IMG/VR virus record: IMGVR_UViG_3300026279_000004
Location: 1-38,363 of that record
Source of the DNA: a virus
Lineage: Duplodnaviria; Caudoviricetes
Length of the DNA stretch: 38,363 nt
Direction: 5' to 3' (one strand)
In this document: positions 9,384-18,846 of the stretch, piece by piece
Layout of the letters: each line of letters starts with the position of its first letter
Position numbering within the stretch: position 1 is the first letter of the stretch
Made by a program: the position numbers and the translations under genes
The notes under the pieces: generated by a model
Told to the model about the DNA's origin: nothing
The model's database searches: none
The model's input: only the letters and a program-made list of their open reading frames with translations

Positions 9384-10553
9384 TTATCCTATATAAATTG
9401 ACAAAGGAACTTTTTTCAAAATCTCTTGTGTCGCTTCTGCTTCAGCCGCTTCTTCTTGCATCAACTCATCACCAGTTGAAACATCTAGCATCTCTCTCAA
9501 TTGTTCTACAAGTGTAGTTTTTTCATCTGTAGCTTCTGAACGTAATGTTTCTCCATCCATAGTAGTTTCTGCACCTGGTATTGGTATACTACCGTATTTA
9601 CTTCTTATAATACCCAACAATTCTTTACAAAGAGCTAAAGTATATTTCCTAATCCATTGTTGGCCTGGATGATTTATATAGGAATATACCATATTATCAT
9701 ATCTAATGTTAGAAAAGTCTGATTGTACCGCTGTTTGACCACCAGATTCATATGTATCGGTAACTTCATTTGTTAAAGTCTTCCATCTATCATCTTTTCT
9801 AATATATTGAAAAAATAATTTAAATTCTGCTGTTGGAATTGGAAAAACTCTTAATTTATTATTTATCAACTCAAATGTATATGCAGATTTTCGTATTTGG
9901 TCATTAAATTCTATTGCTTGAACTTTTAAAATATCAGCGTAGATAGGCATCATAGTAAATTGAACACCAGGGGAATAGTTACCCCACCCAAAAGAATCAA
10001 TTACATTATCAGTACCAGCACCTGTTCCTGCATATGGGTCAAAATACCTTGTTACTGCTGGTGGAGCTTCGTGAAATACCCTTTTAATCTCTATTGGAGA
10101 ACTACTCTCAGAAACAATTGCCCATTCATCCAAATCATATACTTGTTGACTACCTGAAGTTACTACATAACCAGTTTTCCAATCAACACTACCACCAACC
10201 CCAACTTCCGCACCATATGCTTCAGATATAGTTATTGCTCTACCTAAATCTGTAACAACAGTATGTGTAAAATTGGAAGATGTCGGTGCTCCTTGTACTT
10301 TTAACATATTTTCTTTTATGTTATATTGATTTACAATGGATGAGTATTCAGTAACGGCCTCTTCAAAACAAGCATACATCTGTGCACCTTGTAACTCGAC
10401 ATCCATTATAGGATATCCAAGTCTTTTTGCAACCCATTCGGCGGTTTGTACCGAATGTGTTACATATGTAACGTCACTTGTATAAAAACTAAATGGCGTA
10501 TCTGTAGCATCTGTATAAGAACCGCTACCTGGCCATATTGGTTGGGTTGCCAT
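9384..10553 (-). CDS. T4 gp13-like neck (head-tail adaptor) protein
   Basis: RLGYPIMDVEL...CFEEAV and WIRKYTLALCKELLG.IRSKY..IPIPG....DG..L resemble gp13. Start placed at the ATG at 10553, which has a GGAG SD, rather than the TTG at 10565. Confidence 0.75.
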   Translation of the reverse strand: MATQPIWPGSGSYTDATDTPFSFYTSDVTYVTHSVQTAEWVAKRLGYPIMDVELQGAQMYACFEEAVTEYSSIVNQYNIKENMLKVQGAPTSSNFTHTVVTDLGRAITISEAYGAEVGVGGSVDWKTGYVVTSGSQQVYDLDEWAIVSESSSPIEIKRVFHEAPPAVTRYFDPYAGTGAGTDNVIDSFGWGNYSPGVQFTMMPIYADILKVQAIEFNDQIRKSAYTFELINNKLRVFPIPTAEFKLFFQYIRKDDRWKTLTNEVTDTYESGGQTAVQSDFSNIRYDNMVYSYINHPGQQWIRKYTLALCKELLGIIRSKYGSIPIPGAETTMDGETLRSEATDEKTTLVEQLREMLDVSTGDELMQEEAAEAEATQEILKKVPLSIYIG

Positions 10554-10593
10554 ATTATTCTCCAACTATTAAAAAATGTACATTTTATCAATA

Positions 10594-10601
10594 ATAAATA
10601 T
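10594..10601 (-). promoter_or_regulatory. Putative late promoter element ATATTTAT
   Basis: Recurrent intergenic 8-mer, just downstream of the capsid-gene terminator and upstream of the neck genes. Confidence 0.55.
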
Positions 10602-10609
10602 CTAGCTAT

Positions 10610-10636
10610 AAAAAAAGGGGAGTCAAAAGACTCCCC
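10610..10636 (-). terminator. Intrinsic terminator after the major capsid gene
   Basis: Perfect 8-bp stem GGGGAGTC-TTTT-GACTCCCC followed by a T7 tract on the minus strand, about 25 nt after the capsid stop. Confidence 0.9.
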
Positions 10637-10661
10637 AATTTTATCTATCGCGTTCTAAATG

Positions 10662-12272
10662 TTAAACGTAATTAACATCAGCAACAACAACTTTACCATA
10701 GAATTCAGGACGCACGATTTTCTTCGCGTATCTTGTCATCACACCCTTACGAGGCGTAAAGTTTGTTGGGTCATAGACCAACGGAGTCATGATGAGTGGT
10801 ACATATGGAGCGTATACAGCACCAGTTTCGAGGAAGTTACTTCCACGAAAACCGACTAGCATTACGTTCTCATGCATGTATGGATTCTTGTAGACCGTAA
10901 AACGGTTGTTCAATAAACCAACTTTTTGTACACCCATAGCAAATGAACTCTGAGTAGCTTCTCCGCCCGTATCAGCAGCATATCCAGGAATAGACTCGAT
11001 GATAGTGGCAACTTCAGGACTTACGACCATAAAGTTTGCTCCACCACGTAGAGTTTTCTGATGAATTGCATTGGAAACAGACTGTATCTTGTTACCAAGA
11101 GTCTGGAACCAAGTTCCTTTTACGTACGCGGAAGCGTTATCAGAAGTTGCAGCGAAAAGAGCAGTAGAAGCATTATACTCATACCCCACTCTTGCTGACC
11201 AACGTTCTGTTTTTGCTGAAGCGTTACTCATCAACATATCAAGGATTTCCAAATCAATTTCCATTGAGATGTATTCTGATAACATAGCAGTCAACTCAGC
11301 TTCTGCGTCAACAGAATGATAAGCATTTAAATCTTGAGCAAGCTCAGGAGTCCAAACAGCTTTCAGTTTACGAGTTTTTGCTACAATCGGAATAGATTTC
11401 ATCTGAATATCAATCTCAGGAATTCCAATATCCGTTGCTGGTTCAGTTGGGGCATCTTCAAAATCACCACGAGTTACATCGGTAGGTGATTTGTGATACT
11501 TAATATGTACAGAGCCATCAACTTCGTACGCACCAGAAGTCTTTACAATAAAGTTCCAGTTCGAACCATCCCAGTTAGAATAAGCAGGATAATAAGTTGC
11601 GATAGCCGCTGTATCAGAACCTGAAATTTCGAAAGCTCTTACGCCATCAAAATCAGGATTTGTCATACCATCGTCTGCGAGAGCGATAGTAATTTTTCTT
11701 AGATTGTCTAAAGAAGAACTCAGGTCGGGTTCAAAATCAACGTCACCCCAAACAACTGAAGCAGATGAATAACTTCCATATGCTATAGTTCCAACGGAAT
11801 CGTTAATTGAATATCCGAATTTACCTGCTCCATATAGACCACCAGAAGCATCGACATTAGAACCAGATGTCATACCATGTACATCTGAATTCTGAGTGTG
11901 ACCAGCTTGAGCTGTTCCATATTTGAAATCAAGGTAAAAAATAAGTCCTGAAGGTAAGTTCATCGGTTGAACAGATACAAAATCTTGTGCAGCCAATTCA
12001 CCAAAAATCCTACGTACCAAAGGAAGTGCAACACCACTCCACTCTTCCGAGTTAGACTGGGTACTTGTCTTGGAAGACTCATCAATTAATTGACGAGCTT
12101 GATTTTCCAATAAACATGCCATTCCAAATACTTTAGATTCTTCACTTATACCTTCGAGTAAACCAGTGGGCTCCCACTTGTTTACCAACTTACGAGTTTC
12201 ATTTAGCCGCTCTTTGTATGGATTATATTTATCCATTAAGCCTTCAATAGACTTTAGATTACTTTTTGACAT
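10662..12272 (-). CDS. Major capsid protein, T4 gp23-like
   Basis: LPLVRR, VSVQPMNLPSGLIFYL, AKTRKLKAVWTPELAQDLNAYHSVDAEAEL, YAPYVPL and FTPRKGVMTRYA are gp23-family motifs. Confidence 0.95.
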   Translation of the reverse strand: MSKSNLKSIEGLMDKYNPYKERLNETRKLVNKWEPTGLLEGISEESKVFGMACLLENQARQLIDESSKTSTQSNSEEWSGVALPLVRRIFGELAAQDFVSVQPMNLPSGLIFYLDFKYGTAQAGHTQNSDVHGMTSGSNVDASGGLYGAGKFGYSINDSVGTIAYGSYSSASVVWGDVDFEPDLSSSLDNLRKITIALADDGMTNPDFDGVRAFEISGSDTAAIATYYPAYSNWDGSNWNFIVKTSGAYEVDGSVHIKYHKSPTDVTRGDFEDAPTEPATDIGIPEIDIQMKSIPIVAKTRKLKAVWTPELAQDLNAYHSVDAEAELTAMLSEYISMEIDLEILDMLMSNASAKTERWSARVGYEYNASTALFAATSDNASAYVKGTWFQTLGNKIQSVSNAIHQKTLRGGANFMVVSPEVATIIESIPGYAADTGGEATQSSFAMGVQKVGLLNNRFTVYKNPYMHENVMLVGFRGSNFLETGAVYAPYVPLIMTPLVYDPTNFTPRKGVMTRYAKKIVRPEFYGKVVVADVNYV

Positions 12273-12302
12273 TTTTAATCTCCAAGTTAAACGGTTTCAA
12301 TT

Positions 12303-13373
12303 TTAAAGTATTTTAGCCAACTTCTGGAAACGTTTCTTCAATTCAGAACCCTCGACTAAAACAGCCTTTGATTTGGGTTTTGTTGAAGCCACAGTTTTTG
12401 AAGCTGAACCTCTTTTACTTTCATTAACACTTTTAGCTTTAGAACCAAACGATTCGGCGATTGTCGAAAAGACAAGTTTCACCTCACGTAGACTCTTAGC
12501 TCTATCAAACTGCTCAATGACTTTAATTTTCTGTTCATTAGTCATAGAATGATTCCTGAACAACTTGTTTGTAAACAAGAGTTTAGCATTGAGTAGATTG
12601 ACCTCATTTAATTTAGACCGCAGATACTTAACCACTTCGCGGTGTTCTCCAAGTTCCGATTTCAAATTAGAAATTTCATCAACTTCTTCCTCTTCCTCTT
12701 CCTCATCTTCTTCTTGTAGAGCACGTAGTACTTCTTCAAGGTCAATTTCATCTTCGACTTCTTCTTCCTCACCATATTCATCTGGCATGGGAGCGTCTAA
12801 ATCAAGTTCGCCTTCTTCGTCTGCCGGTTCTGGCATAAGAGTTGCATCTTCAGGGGAAAGTTCGACAGGTGGTTCACCCAAATCAGCGGGTTCTTCTTCA
12901 TCCGCTACAGGATAATCGTCACCTTCCTCGTCATCCTCTTCATTCAATTCTGATTCTAATTCTCTCAGAACTGCTTCAAGGTCAAGGTCGTCTTCTTCCT
13001 CTTCTTCTGCTTCTTCTTCGCCAGCTTCTTCTTCACCCTCTTCTTCAGCGGGTTCTTCTTCAGCGGCTTCTTCCTCTTCAGGAGCTTCTTCTTCAGCTTC
13101 TTCGTCTGCTTCTTCAGCATCCATTTCAGCTTCATCATCAGCTACTTCTTCACCCTCTTCTTCAGCGGGTTCTTCTTCTTCGGCTTCTTCTTCTTCGGCT
13201 TCTTCCTCGTCTTCTTCATAAATGTCGTCATCAACTTCACTTTGAATCTTTTGAGAAAGCATTTGATTTAATCTCGGAGTGAAAGCTTCTTGTAAAGCTA
13301 CTTTAGCATTTTCCAATGCTGTTTCACGAACTGCTTTTGCGTCTGCTATTGCGTCTTTCAAAAGGTCGTCCAT
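12303..13373 (-). CDS. Prohead scaffold/core protein (gp22-like by position)
   Basis: Helical N- and C-termini flank a long Glu/Asp/Ala/Pro-rich region; ends in RFQKLAKIL; lies directly upstream of the capsid gene. Confidence 0.75.
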   Translation of the reverse strand: MDDLLKDAIADAKAVRETALENAKVALQEAFTPRLNQMLSQKIQSEVDDDIYEEDEEEAEEEEAEEEEPAEEEGEEVADDEAEMDAEEADEEAEEEAPEEEEAAEEEPAEEEGEEEAGEEEAEEEEEDDLDLEAVLRELESELNEEDDEEGDDYPVADEEEPADLGEPPVELSPEDATLMPEPADEEGELDLDAPMPDEYGEEEEVEDEIDLEEVLRALQEEDEEEEEEEVDEISNLKSELGEHREVVKYLRSKLNEVNLLNAKLLFTNKLFRNHSMTNEQKIKVIEQFDRAKSLREVKLVFSTIAESFGSKAKSVNESKRGSASKTVASTKPKSKAVLVEGSELKKRFQKLAKIL

Positions 13374-13401
13374 AATTTTATCTCCATTAAATTAGGATTA
13401 A

Positions 13402-13477
13402 TATTGTTATTTGGAACAATAATATGTGAACTATCTTAGGTACACCATATAGGATTTACCGATTGGTAAATGGTGTA
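13402..13477 (-). promoter_or_regulatory. Two inverted repeats in the leader of the scaffold-capsid operon
   Basis: TATTGTT-n6-AACAATA at 13402-13421, and TACACC-(7-nt bulge)-ATTTACC-GATT-GGTAAAT-GGTGTA at 13441-13477. Confidence 0.45.
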
Positions 13478-13489
13478 TTTGGTTTTTAA

Positions 13490-13497
13490 ATAAATAT
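13490..13497 (-). promoter_or_regulatory. Putative late promoter element ATATTTAT
   Basis: Recurrent intergenic 8-mer upstream of the scaffold and capsid genes. Confidence 0.55.
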
Positions 13498-13517
13498 AAG
13501 CTATATATACAAAACGT

Positions 13518-13733
13518 TCAAAAGCCTCGAAGCATTTTTTCACGTTGTCTACGTAACTTATCGTACTTAATTCTTAATTTTGCTTTTGATTTTTTTACTC
13601 GTTTAATATCTGATGGTTTTTTATAAAACTCTCGTTCTCTTAATTCAAGTAATAAACCAGAATCTTTTACTTTTCTTTTAAATTGTTTTAATGCTAATTC
13701 TATTTTATTATCTCTTACAACCACTTTTATCAT
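13518..13733 (-). CDS. rpsU: Phage-encoded ribosomal protein bS21
   Basis: 71-aa basic protein. V.VRD..IE.ALK.FKRKV...G...ELR.RE.Y.KPS..KR.KK..A is the bS21 signature. Confidence 0.92.
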   Translation of the reverse strand: MIKVVVRDNKIELALKQFKRKVKDSGLLLELREREFYKKPSDIKRVKKSKAKLRIKYDKLRRQREKMLRGF

Positions 13734-13756
13734 ATTATAACCTTTAAATTAAATTA

Positions 13757-14428
13757 TTACTTCTTGTTTGCCCAATTTTTGTCTACCCAATTAAAAAATT
13801 CTTTTTTATCTTCTTCATCAAGTTCATCTGGTGAATCAACACCAAACTTCTTTAAAGCTGATTTGAAAAATTTCTGATATTCTTCTTTACCACCAGACTC
13901 TGGTTTATCTAAATTATCTACCTTTTCGGCTTCAGTAATAGCAGAAGCTTCTTCTATTTCATAATACCTACTCAATATATTACCCATATCTTCATATAAA
14001 GTTTCCATTCTTCGTTGCATCAAATTAGATTCTTTAGCCGCTTTAACAAATCCACTAGCAAGATTACCTAATTCCTTCATATTTCTTTTTACGGATACTC
14101 TATCAAACCAATCATCAGTTTCATTCATAGTATGAATCTTTGCAGACTCAACAATTTCGGAAATTTTAACAGCTATTTCTTTAAGATTGGTTTCTCTATA
14201 AATATTATTACCAATTTGTGCATAATTCTTAACATCTTCAAGAAATCTTTGAACATTCATAGTTGCTTCACTCTCGTTCCAAGATTCTGGGTTACCTTCC
14301 TTTACTAAGGATGATAATTTTACACCAGAACCCCTAACTGGAGTATCTAATCTATCATCAAATGGTTTTCTACTAACAACACCACCTGCAATAAAAAATT
14401 CGTTTAATTTACTTTTCTTTTTCATCAT
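13757..14428 (-). CDS. Hypothetical protein, probable head-internal/core protein
   Basis: 223 aa, helical, with DDWFDRVSVKRNMKEL and a C-terminal EYQKFFKSALKKFGVDSP motif. Several [LIVM]xE sites. Head-gene context. Confidence 0.6.
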   Translation of the reverse strand: MMKKKSKLNEFFIAGGVVSRKPFDDRLDTPVRGSGVKLSSLVKEGNPESWNESEATMNVQRFLEDVKNYAQIGNNIYRETNLKEIAVKISEIVESAKIHTMNETDDWFDRVSVKRNMKELGNLASGFVKAAKESNLMQRRMETLYEDMGNILSRYYEIEEASAITEAEKVDNLDKPESGGKEEYQKFFKSALKKFGVDSPDELDEEDKKEFFNWVDKNWANKK

Positions 14429-14445
14429 ATCATCCCGTTAAAGTG

Positions 14446-15159
14446 TTATTTTTTACCACCATTTTTACCATTTTTTTCTGGTTCTTTACCAACTGCTTTT
14501 TGTCTTGACATAAGTTGACTTCTTACAGTTTTAATAGATTCACGAGTATTATCCATAGCCGCGGCATTTTCACTATACGCCGCCGTTACAAAATCCCATC
14601 TTAATGCATATTCTTGTTTTCTTAACTCCAAATCTTCTATCAAATTTCCAAGTGCTACAAAATTAACATCTCCCTCTTGAGTTTTTTCTTGTATTCCCTT
14701 CAATTTAGCTATTTCTTCATCCATCATTTGATTATATTGTTTAATAGAGTCATCTTTTGTACCTACATACTTAGCACTAACTTTGGTAGATGGTTTTGCT
14801 CTTCCACCAGTTTCTCTTCTTGAAGGTTCATCTTGTGCTCTTATAGCCGCTAAACTATCTATTTTAGCACTAACACTTTTTACTTTAAAAACATCTCTTT
14901 GATATTTTGCAGATGGTAATTTTTCTTTATCACCACTTAATAGAGCTTTATGTCTCCAAGCATCTATATCAGCTCCTTTAACACCAAATTCTACTTTTTT
15001 CTGTAGGTCAAATAAACCTTTATCTTGTTTTCTTTCACCAGCTTCACCACCATGTACTTTACTAAAGTCTTGTAATGTAAACCCACCCTTGGATATCTCT
15101 GCTTCAAACATATCCATAATGGTTTCTCTAACTAATTGTCTAATTTGTGATTTTTTCAT
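14446..15159 (-). CDS. Hypothetical protein, tandem paralogue 3
   Basis: Shares SKGGF.LQDFSKV, IDAWR, IDSLAAIR, VAL.NL.ED and RWDF..AAYS with 15182 and 16236. Confidence 0.75.
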   Translation of the reverse strand: MKKSQIRQLVRETIMDMFEAEISKGGFTLQDFSKVHGGEAGERKQDKGLFDLQKKVEFGVKGADIDAWRHKALLSGDKEKLPSAKYQRDVFKVKSVSAKIDSLAAIRAQDEPSRRETGGRAKPSTKVSAKYVGTKDDSIKQYNQMMDEEIAKLKGIQEKTQEGDVNFVALGNLIEDLELRKQEYALRWDFVTAAYSENAAAMDNTRESIKTVRSQLMSRQKAVGKEPEKNGKNGGKK

Positions 15160-15181
15160 AATTATCTCTATCTTGTTATTA

Positions 15182-16210
15182 CTATTTGCCTTGAGAAATT
15201 AGCTTCCAAGCTTTACCTTTATTGTCTTCCCAAGGTGGAACGTATTCCCATGCTTTTGTATCTGAACCAATTGCTTGCCATACCCAGTTTTCCATTCCAA
15301 TCGGATACGGAGCCTTTCCACCACCCGAGACTAAATCACCTGCTTTAATTGCTTGACCTCTACCATCATAAGGTGTAGCTTTTCCTCCCTTACTATAATG
15401 TCCTTCCCCAACTTCTTTTGCACGATGTTTTCTATTATCAACAGCCGATTCAATGGTTGCTCGAGCCGCATTCATAGCACTTTGGTTACCACTATACGCC
15501 GCTACTGCAAAATCCCATCGGGCTATATATTCATCTCGCCTTAGATTGATATCTTCATTTAAATTAAGTAACGCAACCCATTCTATAGTACCTTTACCAC
15601 CATCGCTTTCAATTTCCTCAATTTGTTTCTTTATTCTCATTTGTTCATCACCAATCATACTCTCATACGTGGCTATAGCAGCTGATTTTTGATTAATATA
15701 TGTAGAACTAACTTTCATTTGAGCACCTTCAACTCGCGTTTTACGACCACCACCAAGTTTCTGAAAATCATTATCTGTTTTACGTACGGCAGCTAAAGAA
15801 CTTATATTAGCAGATACATCCTTTGATTTTGATTTAGTTTGCATATACCCGTGTGTTGGTGTTTGGTCAGGCTTCCCAGCAGTTCTATACTTCTTGTCAA
15901 TATTCGAACCACCTTGAAGTGCAGAAAGTCTCCATGTGTCTATGTTTCTACCACCTTTGAATAAAGACCATTTCGATGCACGAACATTACCTCGTGCTCC
16001 CTTTCCACCAGCATCTTTTCCCCTTGTCCTATCACCACCTACACCACCAAGTACTTTACTAAAGTCTTGTAATCCAAATCCACCTTTAGAAACAGTACCA
16101 GGTGCACCACGCAGAGTGCCACCTGTAGATGAACCAGGAGCGGTACCCTTGCCTTCGAGCATATCAAATACCATACCTCGTATTATTCGTTGAAATTTTG
16201 ATTTTTTCAT
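15182..16210 (-). CDS. Hypothetical protein, tandem paralogue 2, with a Trp-rich C-terminal module
   Basis: Start taken at the ATG at 16210 (GAGG SD; MKKSKFQRII). Same core motifs as its two neighbours. Confidence 0.75.
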   Translation of the reverse strand: MKKSKFQRIIRGMVFDMLEGKGTAPGSSTGGTLRGAPGTVSKGGFGLQDFSKVLGGVGGDRTRGKDAGGKGARGNVRASKWSLFKGGRNIDTWRLSALQGGSNIDKKYRTAGKPDQTPTHGYMQTKSKSKDVSANISSLAAVRKTDNDFQKLGGGRKTRVEGAQMKVSSTYINQKSAAIATYESMIGDEQMRIKKQIEEIESDGGKGTIEWVALLNLNEDINLRRDEYIARWDFAVAAYSGNQSAMNAARATIESAVDNRKHRAKEVGEGHYSKGGKATPYDGRGQAIKAGDLVSGGGKAPYPIGMENWVWQAIGSDTKAWEYVPPWEDNKGKAWKLISQGK

Positions 16211-16235
16211 GATTATCCTCACTTAACTTAATTTA

Positions 16236-17693
16236 TTATTGTGCTACCCACATTGGATGATTTGTTTCTGGGTCAACTTCACCTAATTCACCCTCTCGCC
16301 ACTCTCCTCTTTTTGGGGCCATAGCTAAATATGTTCTACCAGACCTACCAGTAACTGTATCACCAAAAGAATATTGCCCTCGTTCTTCCCACGTTGGGTA
16401 ACCACCACCTTGGTCTTTTCCACCACCTTGGTCTTTTCCACCTTGGTTTCCACCAGGGTCACTACCAACATTTTTAGCTCTTTTTAATATAACGTCTCTT
16501 TTTGCTTCTATACTACCTCTAACAGTTGCCATTGTAGCGGTGTTATTGGAATATGCAGCTACAGCGTAATCCCATTTTAATGAATATTCATCTTTTTTCA
16601 AACCTAAATCTTCTATTAAGTTTTCAAGTGCAACATAATTTTTATCACCGGCTTCGACATTTTGTTGTAACTCTCTTAATTTAACTATTTCATTGTCAAT
16701 TACATCGTTATACATATTTATAGAATCTGTTTGTGCACTAATATATTTAGCACTCACTTTAAATGATTCTGTTCCACCACGTTTTGCACCACCACCAGTT
16801 TTACGAAATGCATCATCTGTATTTCGTATACTAGCTAAACTATCTATATCAGAAGTAGTACTCTTTGTTTTATAACCAGACATTTCACCACCGGGGCCTC
16901 TTCTTTGATACTTTCCTTTTTCCATTGAGTCTTCTGACCCAAGAAGTACCATTGTTCTCCATGCATCTATTGATTTTCCTTTATCTATATTAAATAAACT
17001 TAATTTAAATTCACGTTCCGCAGCTCTTTTTCCTCCGCCAACTGGCACTCCTGCAAATGGGTCGTTAATTCCTCCCCCGTCAGGACGTATGGGTTGGTAA
17101 CTTCCTTTTGCTCTTGATGTTGGTTCACCCTGAAATATTTGTCTACCACCTACACCACCAAGTACTGCAGAAAAATCTTTTAATGTGAAACCGCCTTTAG
17201 ATACCCTTTGTGTAATTTTCGGAGCTCCCCCACCTTGCTGTTGTTGTTGTTGCTGTCCAGCACCTTTACCTTCAAGTACATCTATTACTTCGGAAATTAT
17301 ACTTCTTACTAAATTATTAAATTCCGATTTTTTCATTTTACTTTCCCCAAATATATACTTCATTTTATTTTCAGTATTTATAAACTTTCTTTTGCCAGTC
17401 TGTTTTACTTTATCATCAAGTTTATGTTTAATCATATTTTTAGGAACATCATAATATCGTGTTCCTTTGTTCCATACACCTTCATCATCATATTGACTTT
17501 CCATTTTCGGTACTAACGCTTTACCTTGCATTTTAGCACTTCCAACCATAGAATTTTTAACTGCAGTACTCATATTTTTATTTGGAAAATATCCTCTTCC
17601 ATCATATGAATCACCAGTTTTACCAGAAAATTCACCAGCTGTTTTGGCTATTGCAACTAAAGATTTCCATTTCTTTTTTGAAACACTATTCAT
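16236..17693 (-). CDS. Hypothetical protein, tandem paralogue 1, with an N-terminal extension, a Q7 tract and a CBM5/12-like C-terminus
   Basis: The shared core starts at the internal MKKSEFNNLVR (ATG 17336). C-terminus reads W....Y..GD.V....G..Y.A....P....W. Confidence 0.7.
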   Translation of the reverse strand: MNSVSKKKWKSLVAIAKTAGEFSGKTGDSYDGRGYFPNKNMSTAVKNSMVGSAKMQGKALVPKMESQYDDEGVWNKGTRYYDVPKNMIKHKLDDKVKQTGKRKFINTENKMKYIFGESKMKKSEFNNLVRSIISEVIDVLEGKGAGQQQQQQQGGGAPKITQRVSKGGFTLKDFSAVLGGVGGRQIFQGEPTSRAKGSYQPIRPDGGGINDPFAGVPVGGGKRAAEREFKLSLFNIDKGKSIDAWRTMVLLGSEDSMEKGKYQRRGPGGEMSGYKTKSTTSDIDSLASIRNTDDAFRKTGGGAKRGGTESFKVSAKYISAQTDSINMYNDVIDNEIVKLRELQQNVEAGDKNYVALENLIEDLGLKKDEYSLKWDYAVAAYSNNTATMATVRGSIEAKRDVILKRAKNVGSDPGGNQGGKDQGGGKDQGGGYPTWEERGQYSFGDTVTGRSGRTYLAMAPKRGEWREGELGEVDPETNHPMWVAQ

Positions 17694-17698
17694 TATAT

Positions 17699-17706
17699 AT
17701 AAATAT
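17699..17706 (-). promoter_or_regulatory. Putative late promoter element ATATTTAT
   Basis: Recurrent intergenic 8-mer, here only 5 nt before the ATG at 17693. Confidence 0.5.
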
Positions 17707-17714
17707 CATAAACT

Positions 17715-18512
17715 TTAAAAAAGTTTCCGCTCGTAGTAAAGTGTTTTTTGAGTTTCTTTCCATCCACCAACAGTATCACCTTTTCTATTTCTAAAATACC
17801 ATATACCAGGCTTAGTCAAATCATCTACCGCAGTCTTCCATCTTACTTTCAATTGTTTTAACATTTTTTTAGCATCTTTTAATGTTGGTATATTAATTAA
17901 AAATTTATTTGGCATATTTTTATCCATCGGTTTAGATGGGCCACCGCCTCCCCCAAACCAACTGGTAGAACTTCTTCCCCACGCTTCATCATATCTTCGT
18001 GGTGATGTAAGTAATGGGTCAGGTATACCTAAAAACTCATAAACAATATTTCTCACATCACTTGGAAACCTTGAATCCGTTCCAAACGCGTCTAAACTAC
18101 TTCTAAACGCTGTAGCTGAATCACCCGTACCTAAATTTAATGCATTAATAACTACTTCATCAGTTCTATTATTAAGTAAAACCGTATATAATGATTTATA
18201 AGAATGACCACCACCATCATCTCTATTATAAAATGCTCTACCAATAACAGTATACGCTCTTGGATAACCAGTAGTCATATGTATATTTGCGGAATCACCC
18301 ATAGTTCTTCCAAAATCATAACCACCAATAGCCGAAGTTTCAGCTTCAGTTAACACTTCTTTTACCATTTTTTTAAGTTCTGAACGTATATGTTTAGAAA
18401 TTTCTATAGCTGCTAATTGTTTCAACGCTTTTTCCTTTGTATCATGTGTACCAAGTTTCTTACTACCATCTTTGGAATACACTACCCATTTACTTCCAAC
18501 CTTTTTAATCAT
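17715..18512 (-). CDS. Hypothetical protein
   Basis: 265 aa. Basic N-terminal module (WVVYSKDGSKKLGTHDTKEKALKQLAAIE) followed by ELKKMVKEVLTE. Overlaps the upstream stop (ATGA). Confidence 0.7.
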   Translation of the reverse strand: MIKKVGSKWVVYSKDGSKKLGTHDTKEKALKQLAAIEISKHIRSELKKMVKEVLTEAETSAIGGYDFGRTMGDSANIHMTTGYPRAYTVIGRAFYNRDDGGGHSYKSLYTVLLNNRTDEVVINALNLGTGDSATAFRSSLDAFGTDSRFPSDVRNIVYEFLGIPDPLLTSPRRYDEAWGRSSTSWFGGGGGPSKPMDKNMPNKFLINIPTLKDAKKMLKQLKVRWKTAVDDLTKPGIWYFRNRKGDTVGGWKETQKTLYYERKLF

Positions 18513-18844
18513 TTTCTTTTCAATTTTCTATCTGGCGAATATCTACGAAAACCATCTCTAACTTTTCTCCACAGCATTTGTATAAACTCCGCCTCACCAT
18601 GATGTGTTCTTGTTGCTGGCCCGTGTTGAAGTCCTCGTTGTATATCTAAAGCATCATATCTATTACCTTTTACACCATTCATCATTATTTTAATGACTTG
18701 TTGTGACGCTTTACCTAAATGTTTGGACATTTTTTTAATATCCATATCTAAATGTAATTTTGCTTCTTGTGAGCTATATGGGGCTGGTGTAGCCCAGAAA
18801 TCTTCGTTTACAGATTCTTCCACTATATCTTTTAACTTAATCAC
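18509..18844 (-). CDS. Hypothetical protein with an MIKLKDIVEE leader
   Basis: 111 aa, GTG start, tightly packed in the operon. Confidence 0.65.
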   Translation of the reverse strand: MIKLKDIVEESVNEDFWATPAPYSSQEAKLHLDMDIKKMSKHLGKASQQVIKIMMNGVKGNRYDALDIQRGLQHGPATRTHHGEAEFIQMLWRKVRDGFRRYSPDRKLKRK

Positions 18845-18846
18845 AA

